From IMG/VR virus record IMGVR_UViG_641522650_000010: a stretch of 14,905 bases of DNA, one strand, 5' to 3'. A program made the position numbers and the translations under genes. This DNA comes from a virus (lineage: Duplodnaviria > Heunggongvirae > Uroviricota > Caudoviricetes). Shown here one piece after another: positions 7,595 to 14,905 of this stretch (its first letter is position 1; every line of letters begins with the position of its first letter). The notes beneath the pieces were generated by a model. That model ran no database searches. It worked only from the letters and a program-made list of their open reading frames with translations, and was not told the origin of the DNA.

Positions 7595-7670
7595 TGGTGG
7601 CCCTTGCTGGATTTGAACCAGCGACCTGGCGATTATGAGTCGCTCGCTCTCACCACTGAGCTAAAGGGCC
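7595..7670 (-). tRNA. tRNA-Ile2 (anticodon CAU, lysidine type; ileX/ileZ-like); tRNA-Met cannot be excluded from the anticodon alone
   Basis: Manual fold: perfect acceptor ggccctt/aagggcc, D-arm gctc agtggtga gagc, anticodon loop cTCATAa, T-arm gctgg ttcaaat ccagc, encoded CCA; closely resembles E. coli ileX as I recall it. Confidence 0.8.
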
Positions 7671-7719
7671 GGGAGCAGAATAATAATGGTGCGTAATTAA
7701 TTCTGCAATCTCATCCGTT

Positions 7720-8769
7720 TCAAACGATTAAATCCTGAACTTCCCTGACTGTCTGCTCAAAACGTCCGGTCTCCAGTTCAACGCCAATCGCACGACGCCC
7801 GAGCGCCAGTGCCGCTTTTACCGTTGAACCTGAGCCCATAAAAAAATCTGCAACCTGGTCTCCCGGACGACTGCTCGCGTTGATTATCTGCTGCAACATT
7901 TCTGCCGGTTTTTCGCACGGATGTTTCCCTGGATAGTACTGCACCGGTTTATACGTCCACACATCGGTGTACGGCACCTGCACCGTCACACCGAAATACC
8001 TCCGCAAATTTTTATATTCACTCAGCAGTTCCATATACTGCCGGCTCAGCTCACTGTATGTGCTGACCAGTTGGTAATGGGACTTTTCCAGTTCTCTCCG
8101 CTGATGTTTCTCTTCTGCCACCCGGGCAAACAGCGACTGTAATTTCAGATAATCGCTTTCGTTCGGTAGCTGCCACTGACTGGCACTGAACCAGTGCGAC
8201 ACCATGTTTTTCTTTCCTGTGGCATCTGCAATCTGTTTTGCCGTTATCCCCAGGGCAGCTCGCGCATCACGAAAGTAAGCAATCAGCGGGGCCATCACAT
8301 GCTGTTTCAGTACCCTGCCCTTCGCCGCATACCCGGCATCTTTCGGACGATACGGCCCCTGATAATGTTCCGCGAACAGAATGCGCTCTGTGGCGGGGAA
8401 ATACGCCCGCAGGCTTTCCTTGTTGCATCCGTTCCAGCGTCCGGACGGCTTCGCCCAGATAATATGGTTCAGCACACTGAAGCGTTCACGCATCATGATT
8501 TCGATATCAGATGCCAGGCGATGACCACAGAACAGGTAAAGACTTCCGGCAGGTTTCAGCACCCGCCAGAACTGCGCCAGACACTGGTCCAGCCACTTCA
8601 GGTAATCATCGTCGCCCTTCCACTGGTTATCCCAGCCCTCAGGCTTCACTTTAAAGTACGGCGGGTCCGTGACTATCAGGTCAACAGAATTTTCGGGTAA
8701 CGACCGGATAAATTCCAGGCAGTCGGCGTTGATTAACTCACAACTGGATATTTTTACAGTATTAAGCAT
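7720..8769 (-). CDS. Orphan DNA methyltransferase, beta-class amino-MTase (N6-adenine or N4-cytosine)
   Basis: 349 aa; motif IV DPPY near the N-terminus (DLIVTDPPY) and motif I FxGxG near the C-terminus (DFFMGSGST), the beta-class order, with a long insert between. No adjacent restriction endonuclease candidate. Confidence 0.85.
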   Translation of the reverse strand: MLNTVKISSCELINADCLEFIRSLPENSVDLIVTDPPYFKVKPEGWDNQWKGDDDYLKWLDQCLAQFWRVLKPAGSLYLFCGHRLASDIEIMMRERFSVLNHIIWAKPSGRWNGCNKESLRAYFPATERILFAEHYQGPYRPKDAGYAAKGRVLKQHVMAPLIAYFRDARAALGITAKQIADATGKKNMVSHWFSASQWQLPNESDYLKLQSLFARVAEEKHQRRELEKSHYQLVSTYSELSRQYMELLSEYKNLRRYFGVTVQVPYTDVWTYKPVQYYPGKHPCEKPAEMLQQIINASSRPGDQVADFFMGSGSTVKAALALGRRAIGVELETGRFEQTVREVQDLIV

Positions 8770-8801
8770 GGATCATTAAACCTGTCTCTGATAGGCTCAT
8801 T

Positions 8802-8820
8802 CTGCTTTTGCGCAAAGCAG
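8802..8820. promoter_or_regulatory. 19-bp imperfect palindrome 33-51 bp upstream of the methyltransferase start; candidate operator
   Basis: ctgcttttgcgcaaagcag: symmetric arms around a central GCGC. Placement fits a repressor/controller operator, but no binding data. Confidence 0.3.
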
Positions 8821-8863
8821 TGGGCCTGAGGTTTGCTTGTGAACCCAACGCATGAGCAGATGG

Positions 8864-8890
8864 CTGGTGGGTGCCCCTAACACCCACCAG
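8864..8890. other. Perfect 10-bp stem / 7-nt loop hairpin next to the upstream terminator
   Basis: ctggtgggtg (8864-8873) and cacccaccag (8881-8890) are exact reverse complements; loop cccctaa. Confidence 0.4.
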
Positions 8891-8904
8891 CCGCCCATTT
8901 ACCA

Positions 8905-8933
8905 CAAATAAAAAAGCCTTCAGGACTGAAGGC
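8905..8933 (-). terminator. Rho-independent terminator overlapping the stop codon of the small HTH-like ORF
   Basis: Minus-strand reading gccttca-gtcc-tgaaggc (7-bp stem) followed by ttttttatttg. Confidence 0.55.
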
Positions 8934-9117
8934 GTCTGTAACAACCGAACTGATAGTCTGCCAGACCCGCCATAACAAGTTGGGTCAGTATTAACTGACA
9001 GCGTTCGCGTGAAAGGTAAGTATTCTGCGCAATCTCCCCGACTGTCGCCGGTTCGGTGACGCTTAATTCATTAAACACCACTCTGGCGGTTTCTGTCATA
9101 TCCTGCTGTTTCAGCAT
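8920..9117 (-). CDS. Hypothetical small protein (65 aa) with a possible helix-turn-helix
   Basis: Internal ATG at 9117..9115 preceded by AAGGGAAAAAGAC; product MLKQQDMTETARVVFNELSVTEPATVGEIAQNTYLSRERCQLILTQLVMAGLADYQFGCYRRLQS. The segment TVGEIAQNTYLSRERCQLIL looks like an HTH. The ORF-track version (8920..9210) starts at an upstream GTG that overlaps the tR'-like terminator, which I consider less likely. Confidence 0.4.
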   Translation of the reverse strand: MLKQQDMTETARVVFNELSVTEPATVGEIAQNTYLSRERCQLILTQLVMAGLADYQFGCYRRLQS

Positions 9118-9239
9118 GTCTTTTTCCCTTTTCCGGTTAACGTGACACACCAATAACTCTTGTCGAAAAAGCCAGCAAGCTGAAAGACAGGTATTCACCG
9201 CCACCAGCACGTTTACTGTACTGGACCGATTTCAGCCAT

Positions 9240-9261
9240 AAAAAAACCCGCTCGCGGCGGG
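9240..9261 (-). terminator. Rho-independent terminator about 70 nt downstream of the Q gene (tR'-like)
   Basis: Minus-strand reading cccgc-cgcga-gcggg followed by seven U (plus-strand A-run 9240-9246). Confidence 0.55.
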
Positions 9262-9332
9262 TTTAAGCTGTGTGGCGAAGTAACCACTCTTAACATACTG
9301 ACATACTTTTTGCGGACCGCACTAATCATTTT

Positions 9333-9713
9333 TTACTTTTTTAGCAGCCAGTCGTCCATCTCCAGTCTTACCCCCAGCACAGACAAACATCCGTCAATAA
9401 ACCCTTCGGCTATCTGCATCTCAATTCGTATTGCTTTTTCGCTTTTCTTTCTCGTCCTGGCTATCTGTCTTTTTGATATTCGCAACAAATAATGAGCAAT
9501 GAGAAGCGAATACTCCTCAGGTTTTTTCTGCTTCAGACGAGCAAGACAGTTTTCAATGATAAGTCCGTCATCATCGCAGCAGGCCGGACGTGGTTTAGTG
9601 GCAGATGGTAAAAGTCCTTTGAATCCGGCAGCGATCGGAGAATAGTCCACCCCGGTGTTACCACTTGCAGCCCATGCCCCCCAGCGTTCAAGAACCATCT
9701 GAATATCACGCAT
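9333..9713 (-). CDS. Late-gene antitermination protein Q (QuuD-like)
   Basis: ATG at 9713..9711 with GGAG RBS; product MRDIQMVLERWGAWAASGNTGVDYSPIAAGFKGLLPS...CCDDDG... resembles the small Q antiterminators of E. coli cryptic prophages as I recall them. The ORF-track TTG start at 9728 adds 5 residues and is less likely. Confidence 0.75.
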   Translation of the reverse strand: MRDIQMVLERWGAWAASGNTGVDYSPIAAGFKGLLPSATKPRPACCDDDGLIIENCLARLKQKKPEEYSLLIAHYLLRISKRQIARTRKKSEKAIRIEMQIAEGFIDGCLSVLGVRLEMDDWLLKK

Positions 9714-9730
9714 CAACTTTCTCCACAAAA

Positions 9731-10726
9731 TCAGGACAGCACACCAATCGCCAGCGCGCGATCGATAAAACGAAATATCAGCTCCAGTTGGGAGCCATAC
9801 TTCTCTTCAAATGCCACGGTATCCGCATGCAGTTCGTCATGGTGTTTTCTGCACAAAGGCAACACAAAAAGGTCATGCGCTTTTGTTCCCATTCCACCCT
9901 GACCGTGACCTATCAGGTGGTGGGGATCATCAGCGGGCTTTCCACAACATGCACACGGCTGTGTCTTAACCCAGCGCGTGTACTTTTCATTAACCCAGCG
10001 GCGACGTTTTGGGCGTAACATAAAAGACTCCGGCGACTCCGGATCCACTTTCAGCGCCAGCACCTTTTTCGCCTTATCCTGGATGATGCTGGTGGCAGGA
10101 ACCGAAGGCACAAGGTCACTTTCCCGGGTAACAGTCGGCACAACAGGCTTCGGTAATCTCAGTGCCTTACGGGCTGCACTTTCCGGTAAGGCATCCGCCA
10201 GATCATTACGAATCAGCCACCAGCACAGTTCCGGCATTGTCACAACGTGACTGTCATCAAAACCGAGATCCCGACGCACAACAGACAACACCCAGCGGGC
10301 ACAGTTATCCGTTGCCATTGATTCCAGCCGTTCCGTGAACTGGTCACGGAGAAGATTGTCACAGTGCCAGCACAGACGGATTGCACCCGGAGCGTGTCGC
10401 ATTGTGGTCATGTTCTCGCTGTGCCAGTCGGAATGAGGCCACTGGCAGCCTTTTTCACGAAGTAACCAGCTTTCAAGACATTCCACGCCACCAGCACGAC
10501 GGATCACTTCCTCATTGCGGAACACGGCCCGAACGGCAGGATCATCCGCCAGCGGTTGTGATGCCGCCGGAACGGCACCACTGGCGAAAGATGAATAACG
10601 CTCCGGCTCAGGCTCCAGCAGGACACGCCCCTGCATAAACAGGGGCATCAGCTCTGAACCTGGTCTGAACAATACGATCCCCATACGCGGGGCAATTTCA
10701 GGGGTCAGTAGTGCTCTCACGGTCAC
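9731..10726 (-). CDS. DUF968-family prophage protein (YdfU-like) with C-terminal Cys/His cluster
   Basis: 331 aa from a GTG start one nucleotide after the upstream stop; C-terminus QPCACCGKPADDPHHLIGHGQGG...LCRKHHDELH has CxxC and paired His residues like HNH/zinc-binding nuclease folds. Position directly upstream of Q matches the Qin-prophage ydfU-quuQ arrangement as I recall it. Confidence 0.65.
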   Translation of the reverse strand: MTVRALLTPEIAPRMGIVLFRPGSELMPLFMQGRVLLEPEPERYSSFASGAVPAASQPLADDPAVRAVFRNEEVIRRAGGVECLESWLLREKGCQWPHSDWHSENMTTMRHAPGAIRLCWHCDNLLRDQFTERLESMATDNCARWVLSVVRRDLGFDDSHVVTMPELCWWLIRNDLADALPESAARKALRLPKPVVPTVTRESDLVPSVPATSIIQDKAKKVLALKVDPESPESFMLRPKRRRWVNEKYTRWVKTQPCACCGKPADDPHHLIGHGQGGMGTKAHDLFVLPLCRKHHDELHADTVAFEEKYGSQLELIFRFIDRALAIGVLS

Positions 10727-10727
10727 C

Positions 10728-11537
10728 TCAATGAACGGTATCGAGCAGCTTTAACAGCTCAGGGAATCGGGATTCGAAGAAATGCGGCTGCGTCTCGCGC
10801 GGATTTGCAGGACAGGTGATGTTCTTGCCGAACATGCAGCCTTTCGCTGTCAGCGACCAGAATTTTTTGATGTTGTTAATCGCGGTACGGCTGTATCGTT
10901 CGCGCTGCTCGACGATCCCCAGCTTAACCATCTGGTGATATGCCTGATTAGCCGTAAGGCGGATACCATACTGTTTCAGCAGTGCACTCAGCGACAGCGT
11001 GGGGCGACTTGAGCCATCAGGCGCGTCAGCAGGAGCATCAATGGCATAGCGCGGTGCCAGATTCGGTAAGCCAACAGCCTCCTGGAGTTTCTGACAGGCA
11101 CCAAGCACTGAAGAGTTAGACAGGTTTAATTCCCGGCGCATAAAGTCCAGCAGAATCACACCAGCCTGCATCTTGTCAGCAGCCTGTCCGGATAATTTTT
11201 CCGGTGCGCTGGTTACCATGTCGAAAGTACGGATCACCTTCAGATGGAATGACGGGCTGATCCACATTGCATAGGCATACACCAGTTCCTTGCAGACATA
11301 CGTTCCCCGTTCATTTCCCCCATGAATCATACTCACCGGGTCAACACCCAAATTCTGGGTGTTGGTCAATTCATAAACAAGCTCAACAGTTTGTTGGCTG
11401 GAAATAAACTTTCCCGGCTCCTTGGTTCTGGCATTTGCACCAGATGCTACTGCTGCGCGATGCAGATCGTTCAGGCTGTAACGCCCATAAGCATCACGAC
11501 GAACTTCAATACCATCAATGACCATCAGATTATTCAT
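10728..11537 (-). CDS. KilA-N domain protein (Roi/antirepressor-like)
   Basis: ATG at 11537..11535 with strong RBS AAGAGGAGAAACGAAGT; N-terminus MNNLMVIDGIEVRRDAYGRYSLNDLHRAA... typical of KilA-N/Bro-N DNA-binding domains. The ORF-track GTG start at 11570 would overlap rusA by 14 nt. Confidence 0.7.
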   Translation of the reverse strand: MNNLMVIDGIEVRRDAYGRYSLNDLHRAAVASGANARTKEPGKFISSQQTVELVYELTNTQNLGVDPVSMIHGGNERGTYVCKELVYAYAMWISPSFHLKVIRTFDMVTSAPEKLSGQAADKMQAGVILLDFMRRELNLSNSSVLGACQKLQEAVGLPNLAPRYAIDAPADAPDGSSRPTLSLSALLKQYGIRLTANQAYHQMVKLGIVEQRERYSRTAINNIKKFWSLTAKGCMFGKNITCPANPRETQPHFFESRFPELLKLLDTVH

Positions 11538-11556
11538 ACTTCGTTTCTCCTCTTGA

Positions 11557-11946
11557 TCAGGCGGCTGCACCCGCCGTTTTCTCGTACTTACTGATAGTGA
11601 TCTCGACCTTCCCTTTCGGGATAACCGGTCCCCACTCCACCAGCATTCTTTTCACCTGACTGTCGTCTTCCCACACACCCGCGTGGGTCAGGGCGTCAAA
11701 CAGCGCCTTGTTATAGTTGTCCAGATCGCGGATCCGGTTATCCGGAGGAAACAACACGATCTCCACTGAAGCAGGTGCCGACGTTGGTTTCGGCAGACGA
11801 CGTAACTGCTCAACTATTGCTGCGCACGCCGCGCTCTGGAATTTTCGCCCCGCCGCGCTTATCAGGCTCTTACCAGCAAACGCCCCTTTGTTGGGGTGTC
11901 GCCAGTACGTGTTCACGCTGGGCGGAAAAGGCAGTATTAGCTTCAT
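11557..11946 (-). CDS. rusA: Holliday-junction resolvase RusA
   Basis: 129 aa; MKLILPFPPSVNTYWRH... and DLDNYNKALFDALTHAGVWEDDSQV match RusA-family motifs; ATGA-type overlap with the upstream gene. Confidence 0.85.
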   Translation of the reverse strand: MKLILPFPPSVNTYWRHPNKGAFAGKSLISAAGRKFQSAACAAIVEQLRRLPKPTSAPASVEIVLFPPDNRIRDLDNYNKALFDALTHAGVWEDDSQVKRMLVEWGPVIPKGKVEITISKYEKTAGAAA

Positions 11947-12596
11947 GCCACCATCTCCCTGACCAGTTTTTCCGCCTGCTGGCGAACCTGCGCCAGAAAT
12001 GCCTCACCACATGCCTCAAGTTCATCGCGCCCGATGTAGCTGATTGCCGGTCCCTTCCAGGTCTTGTCGAAAACAGCAATAGCACCAGCGAAGAAAGCAC
12101 CTGTTGGCACCTGCTTTTCGTCTTTCGGGATAAACCAGGCAGGCAGTTCAAAACCAATACGCCCGCGAATAAAAGCAATATGATCTGCATCTTCCGGCCA
12201 CCACACTTCGCTGGTGGCAGCTTTGATCAGGAAAACATAGCGCCCGCCTTTATCACGCATGGCACTGGCATGCTTCATGATGTAACGCATGCCGATGATG
12301 TATTGCCCCTCATGCTGACTGGCGCGGCTGTACGGGGGATTGCCAAAGGCAGCACCTTTAAGCTCCGCAAGACGTTCTGACCAGTCATGCGCCAGCGCGT
12401 TGTCTTCCGCCGTGTAATACGCGGCACATTTGGCGTTATCACCGTCAGTGAACAGATCCAGAACAAACGGACCAAACAAGGTGTTAATTCCCCAGAAAAT
12501 GTTGTCCGGCGTGCGCCACTGATCGCCCACTTCCTTCAGTTCATGGGCTGGTTTGTTCCGCAGTTCCACCAGCGCCTGGCAATATTTATTACTCAT
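11943..12596 (-). CDS. Phage-type DNA N6-adenine methyltransferase (Dam-like), orphan
   Basis: ATG at 12596..12594 gives 217 aa MSNKYCQALVELRNKP...; catalytic motif FGNPPYS; stop/start overlap TAATG with the upstream gene. The ORF-track GTG start at 12629 is less likely. Confidence 0.8.
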   Translation of the reverse strand: MSNKYCQALVELRNKPAHELKEVGDQWRTPDNIFWGINTLFGPFVLDLFTDGDNAKCAAYYTAEDNALAHDWSERLAELKGAAFGNPPYSRASQHEGQYIIGMRYIMKHASAMRDKGGRYVFLIKAATSEVWWPEDADHIAFIRGRIGFELPAWFIPKDEKQVPTGAFFAGAIAVFDKTWKGPAISYIGRDELEACGEAFLAQVRQQAEKLVREMVA

Positions 12597-13084
12597 TAAG
12601 CCCCCACGTAATTCCCTGACAGATACCACTCATCACCCGATACAGCGCGCTTACTGCTTTTCCGTAAACACTGCTCACGACGCGCCAGAAAATTGTTTCG
12701 TTCTGGCTGGGAGTGGCTTTCACGGAATGCCGCCATCCACACCGTTGCAGCACGACGGTATAAGCCCCTGGACTCCAGTTCTTCCGCCTGGCGGGTCAGG
12801 CACAAAATCTCCCGCGGGTCGTTAGTGCCGACATAGAAATTGCGCACAGGTCTGGTTTCACGAACTGGTTGCGGTTCCGCCTCCTGCGCTCTCTCAGTCA
12901 GGCGCGGGAAATGTCTGCGTGTATCCCCTTCACAACGGTGAGCCACACGACCACTCTGACGTAATTTGCTTGCTGACTGCAGAACGCACTGCCGTGAGTA
13001 ACCTGCAAAAGCATCCGCAATGTCTCCGGAAGTACACCCCGGATGGGCTTCAATGAATTTCTGAACTTCATTCAAAAGACTCAT
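12596..13084 (-). CDS. PerC-family-like putative transcriptional regulator
   Basis: 162 aa; C-terminal half has ESRGLYRRAATVWMAAF...REQCL, resembling the GLWRRAA..W....R..CL signature I recall for PerC/Pch proteins; ATGA overlap with the O-like gene stop. Confidence 0.45.
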   Translation of the reverse strand: MSLLNEVQKFIEAHPGCTSGDIADAFAGYSRQCVLQSASKLRQSGRVAHRCEGDTRRHFPRLTERAQEAEPQPVRETRPVRNFYVGTNDPREILCLTRQAEELESRGLYRRAATVWMAAFRESHSQPERNNFLARREQCLRKSSKRAVSGDEWYLSGNYVGA

Positions 13085-13905
13085 AATCCCCCCCTGAATC
13101 CTGCCGGGATCTGGCTGTAGTCCACGTTGTCGTAACTGGCTTTGAAGTACGGGTCCTCGCGTCTGGCTGCAGATACCGCAGGAACTTCCCAGGATTCTTC
13201 GAAATGACGATCTGGACCAAAGAACGTGACAGCCTGTTTCACAAATTGTGTGCCGCTATTGCCCATCGCAGATACCCAGCCCGCGTAGCGTTTCACACCT
13301 TCCAGCATGGTTTCGGGGTTTACCCCCTCGTTCAAACGGGCTTTCCAGGCTTTGAAGGCTGCAGATTTTGAATTGCCACCAGCACGTTTGGGATATGCCA
13401 GCCATGCCTGCTCAAACTCCGGAGAGTATTCCGGTCGGTTTGAACGAACTCGCACGGACTCATCAACTGATGCACCAACAGCTATTGGTTCATTGACTGG
13501 TTCTTTGACTGGTTCAAAAGAGTGACTGGTTCTGGGTGAATCTCCTGCACTACCCCTTGGTGCAACTCCTGCACTACCTGGTGAATTTGCTGCACCAGAT
13601 AGTGAATTATTTGCACTACCCCCTAGTGAATCTCCTGCACCATCAAGATGAAGGAGATAGATATTACTTGAGTTACCTTTTTCACCTTTCCGGGTGACTT
13701 TTTTTACCCGCCCGGACTCACAAAGGGCCGCAATATGATTCATCACAGAACGTTTGCTAATCTCGCACTGGTCAGCAATATGCTGGTAGCTGGGCCAGCA
13801 CTCACCCTGATCGCTGGCATTATCAGCCAGCTTAATCAGAACCAGTTTTCGCAATGGATTTCCCACTCGAATTTTCATCGCTTTAACCATCAGCTCCATA
13901 CTCAT
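13081..13905 (-). CDS. Replication initiation protein, O-like (N-terminal HTH, Gly/Ser/Ala-rich linker encoded by iterons, C-terminal domain)
   Basis: 274 aa; RBS GGAGGTG; N-terminal HTH-like LRKLVLIKLADNASDQGECWPSYQHIADQCEISKRSVMNHIAAL; repetitive linker GDSLGGSANNSLSGAANSPGSAGVAPRGSAGDSP coincides with nucleotide direct repeats, as with lambda O and its origin. Confidence 0.6.
   Translation of the reverse strand: MSMELMVKAMKIRVGNPLRKLVLIKLADNASDQGECWPSYQHIADQCEISKRSVMNHIAALCESGRVKKVTRKGEKGNSSNIYLLHLDGAGDSLGGSANNSLSGAANSPGSAGVAPRGSAGDSPRTSHSFEPVKEPVNEPIAVGASVDESVRVRSNRPEYSPEFEQAWLAYPKRAGGNSKSAAFKAWKARLNEGVNPETMLEGVKRYAGWVSAMGNSGTQFVKQAVTFFGPDRHFEESWEVPAVSAARREDPYFKASYDNVDYSQIPAGFRGGL
13535..13645. 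repeat. About five imperfect direct repeats (iteron-like, 21-24 bp) inside the O-like gene; candidate replication origin
   Basis: Recurring GTGAAT...CTCCTGCAC(T/C)ACC units at about 13535, 13559, 13580, 13601 and 13624; moderately AT-rich DNA follows at 13645-13700. Confidence 0.5.
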
Positions 13906-14243
13906 GCAGCACCTCCGAGATGCTTCATGTTTTTTCCGGAGCGAAAGGCTATAAGCGGCATACTGATGCGGTAATTACGGCCCAGCGGTTCACAAATCAC
14001 CTTCTGACATTCACGGTCAACCAGGCTAACACGTAGAACATGCCCTGCAGGCGTGGTGTACTACTGACCCGGACGAGGACAACGGAAAGTCTGATTGGTA
14101 AACCGTTTGAAAATATTCCGGATCATTTGCGCCCCCTTACCTCTGAAGGGTTCAGCGACAAATTTATGAGGCAGGCCAGTGCCGAAGCATCATTAATATA
14201 GTCATACAAGCTAACAGCCAGCGGAGATTCGGCTTTTGCCAAC

Positions 14244-14905
<662 letters not shown>

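Noticed and set aside
7371-7616. 81-aa plus-strand ORF overlapping the tRNA cluster
   Set aside because: Antisense to three tRNA genes; an artefact of the tRNA sequences.
8194-8700. 168-aa plus-strand ORF and other plus-strand ORFs antisense to the methyltransferase
   Set aside because: Antisense to a gene with clear methyltransferase motifs; no start context.
9310-10018. Plus-strand ORFs (9310..9492, 9665..10018) opposite Q and the DUF968 gene
   Set aside because: Antisense to well-supported minus-strand genes; no supporting signals.
11775-12380. 201-aa plus-strand ORF antisense to the Dam-like and rusA genes
   Set aside because: Opposite strand of two well-supported genes; translation lacks recognisable motifs.
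13535-13645. Possibility that the direct repeats are a CRISPR array
   Set aside because: Units are imperfect, about 21-24 bp with no distinct spacers, and lie entirely inside a coding sequence; consistent with origin iterons, not CRISPR.

Overview
This 14.9 kb window reads as a defective lambdoid prophage segment from an Escherichia/Shigella-type genome, heavily colonised by insertion sequences (about 36% of the window). Left to right: the right-hand part of an IS66-family element (tnpA-tnpB-tnpC, 1-2419) inserted into the orfA/orfB overlap of an IS3-family element (2420-3348); a complete IS2 (3496-4825) with a 5-bp CTTAC target duplication; then a minus-strand prophage block. Read in transcription order (high to low coordinates) the block is: O-like replication initiator with internal iterons, PerC-like regulator, phage Dam-type methyltransferase, RusA resolvase, KilA-N (Roi-like) protein, DUF968 protein, Q antiterminator with a tR'-like terminator, a small HTH-like ORF, an orphan beta-class DNA methyltransferase, three tRNAs (Ile2-CAU, Arg-UCG, Arg-UCU), about 500 bp of structured non-coding DNA, and a NanS-p-like esterase gene split by an in-frame stop. 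A second IS3-family element (IS911-like, 14244 to window end) truncates the prophage upstream of the O-like gene. The gene order matches the Q-tRNA-toxin-esterase late region of Stx-converting phages, but no toxin genes are present. I found no complete, clearly novel multi-gene system. The most checkable oddities are the interrupted esterase, the small HTH ORF plus palindrome plus orphan methyltransferase module between Q and the tRNAs, and the hairpin-rich gap where stx would sit. All family assignments are from motif recognition by eye and memory; no database search was run.
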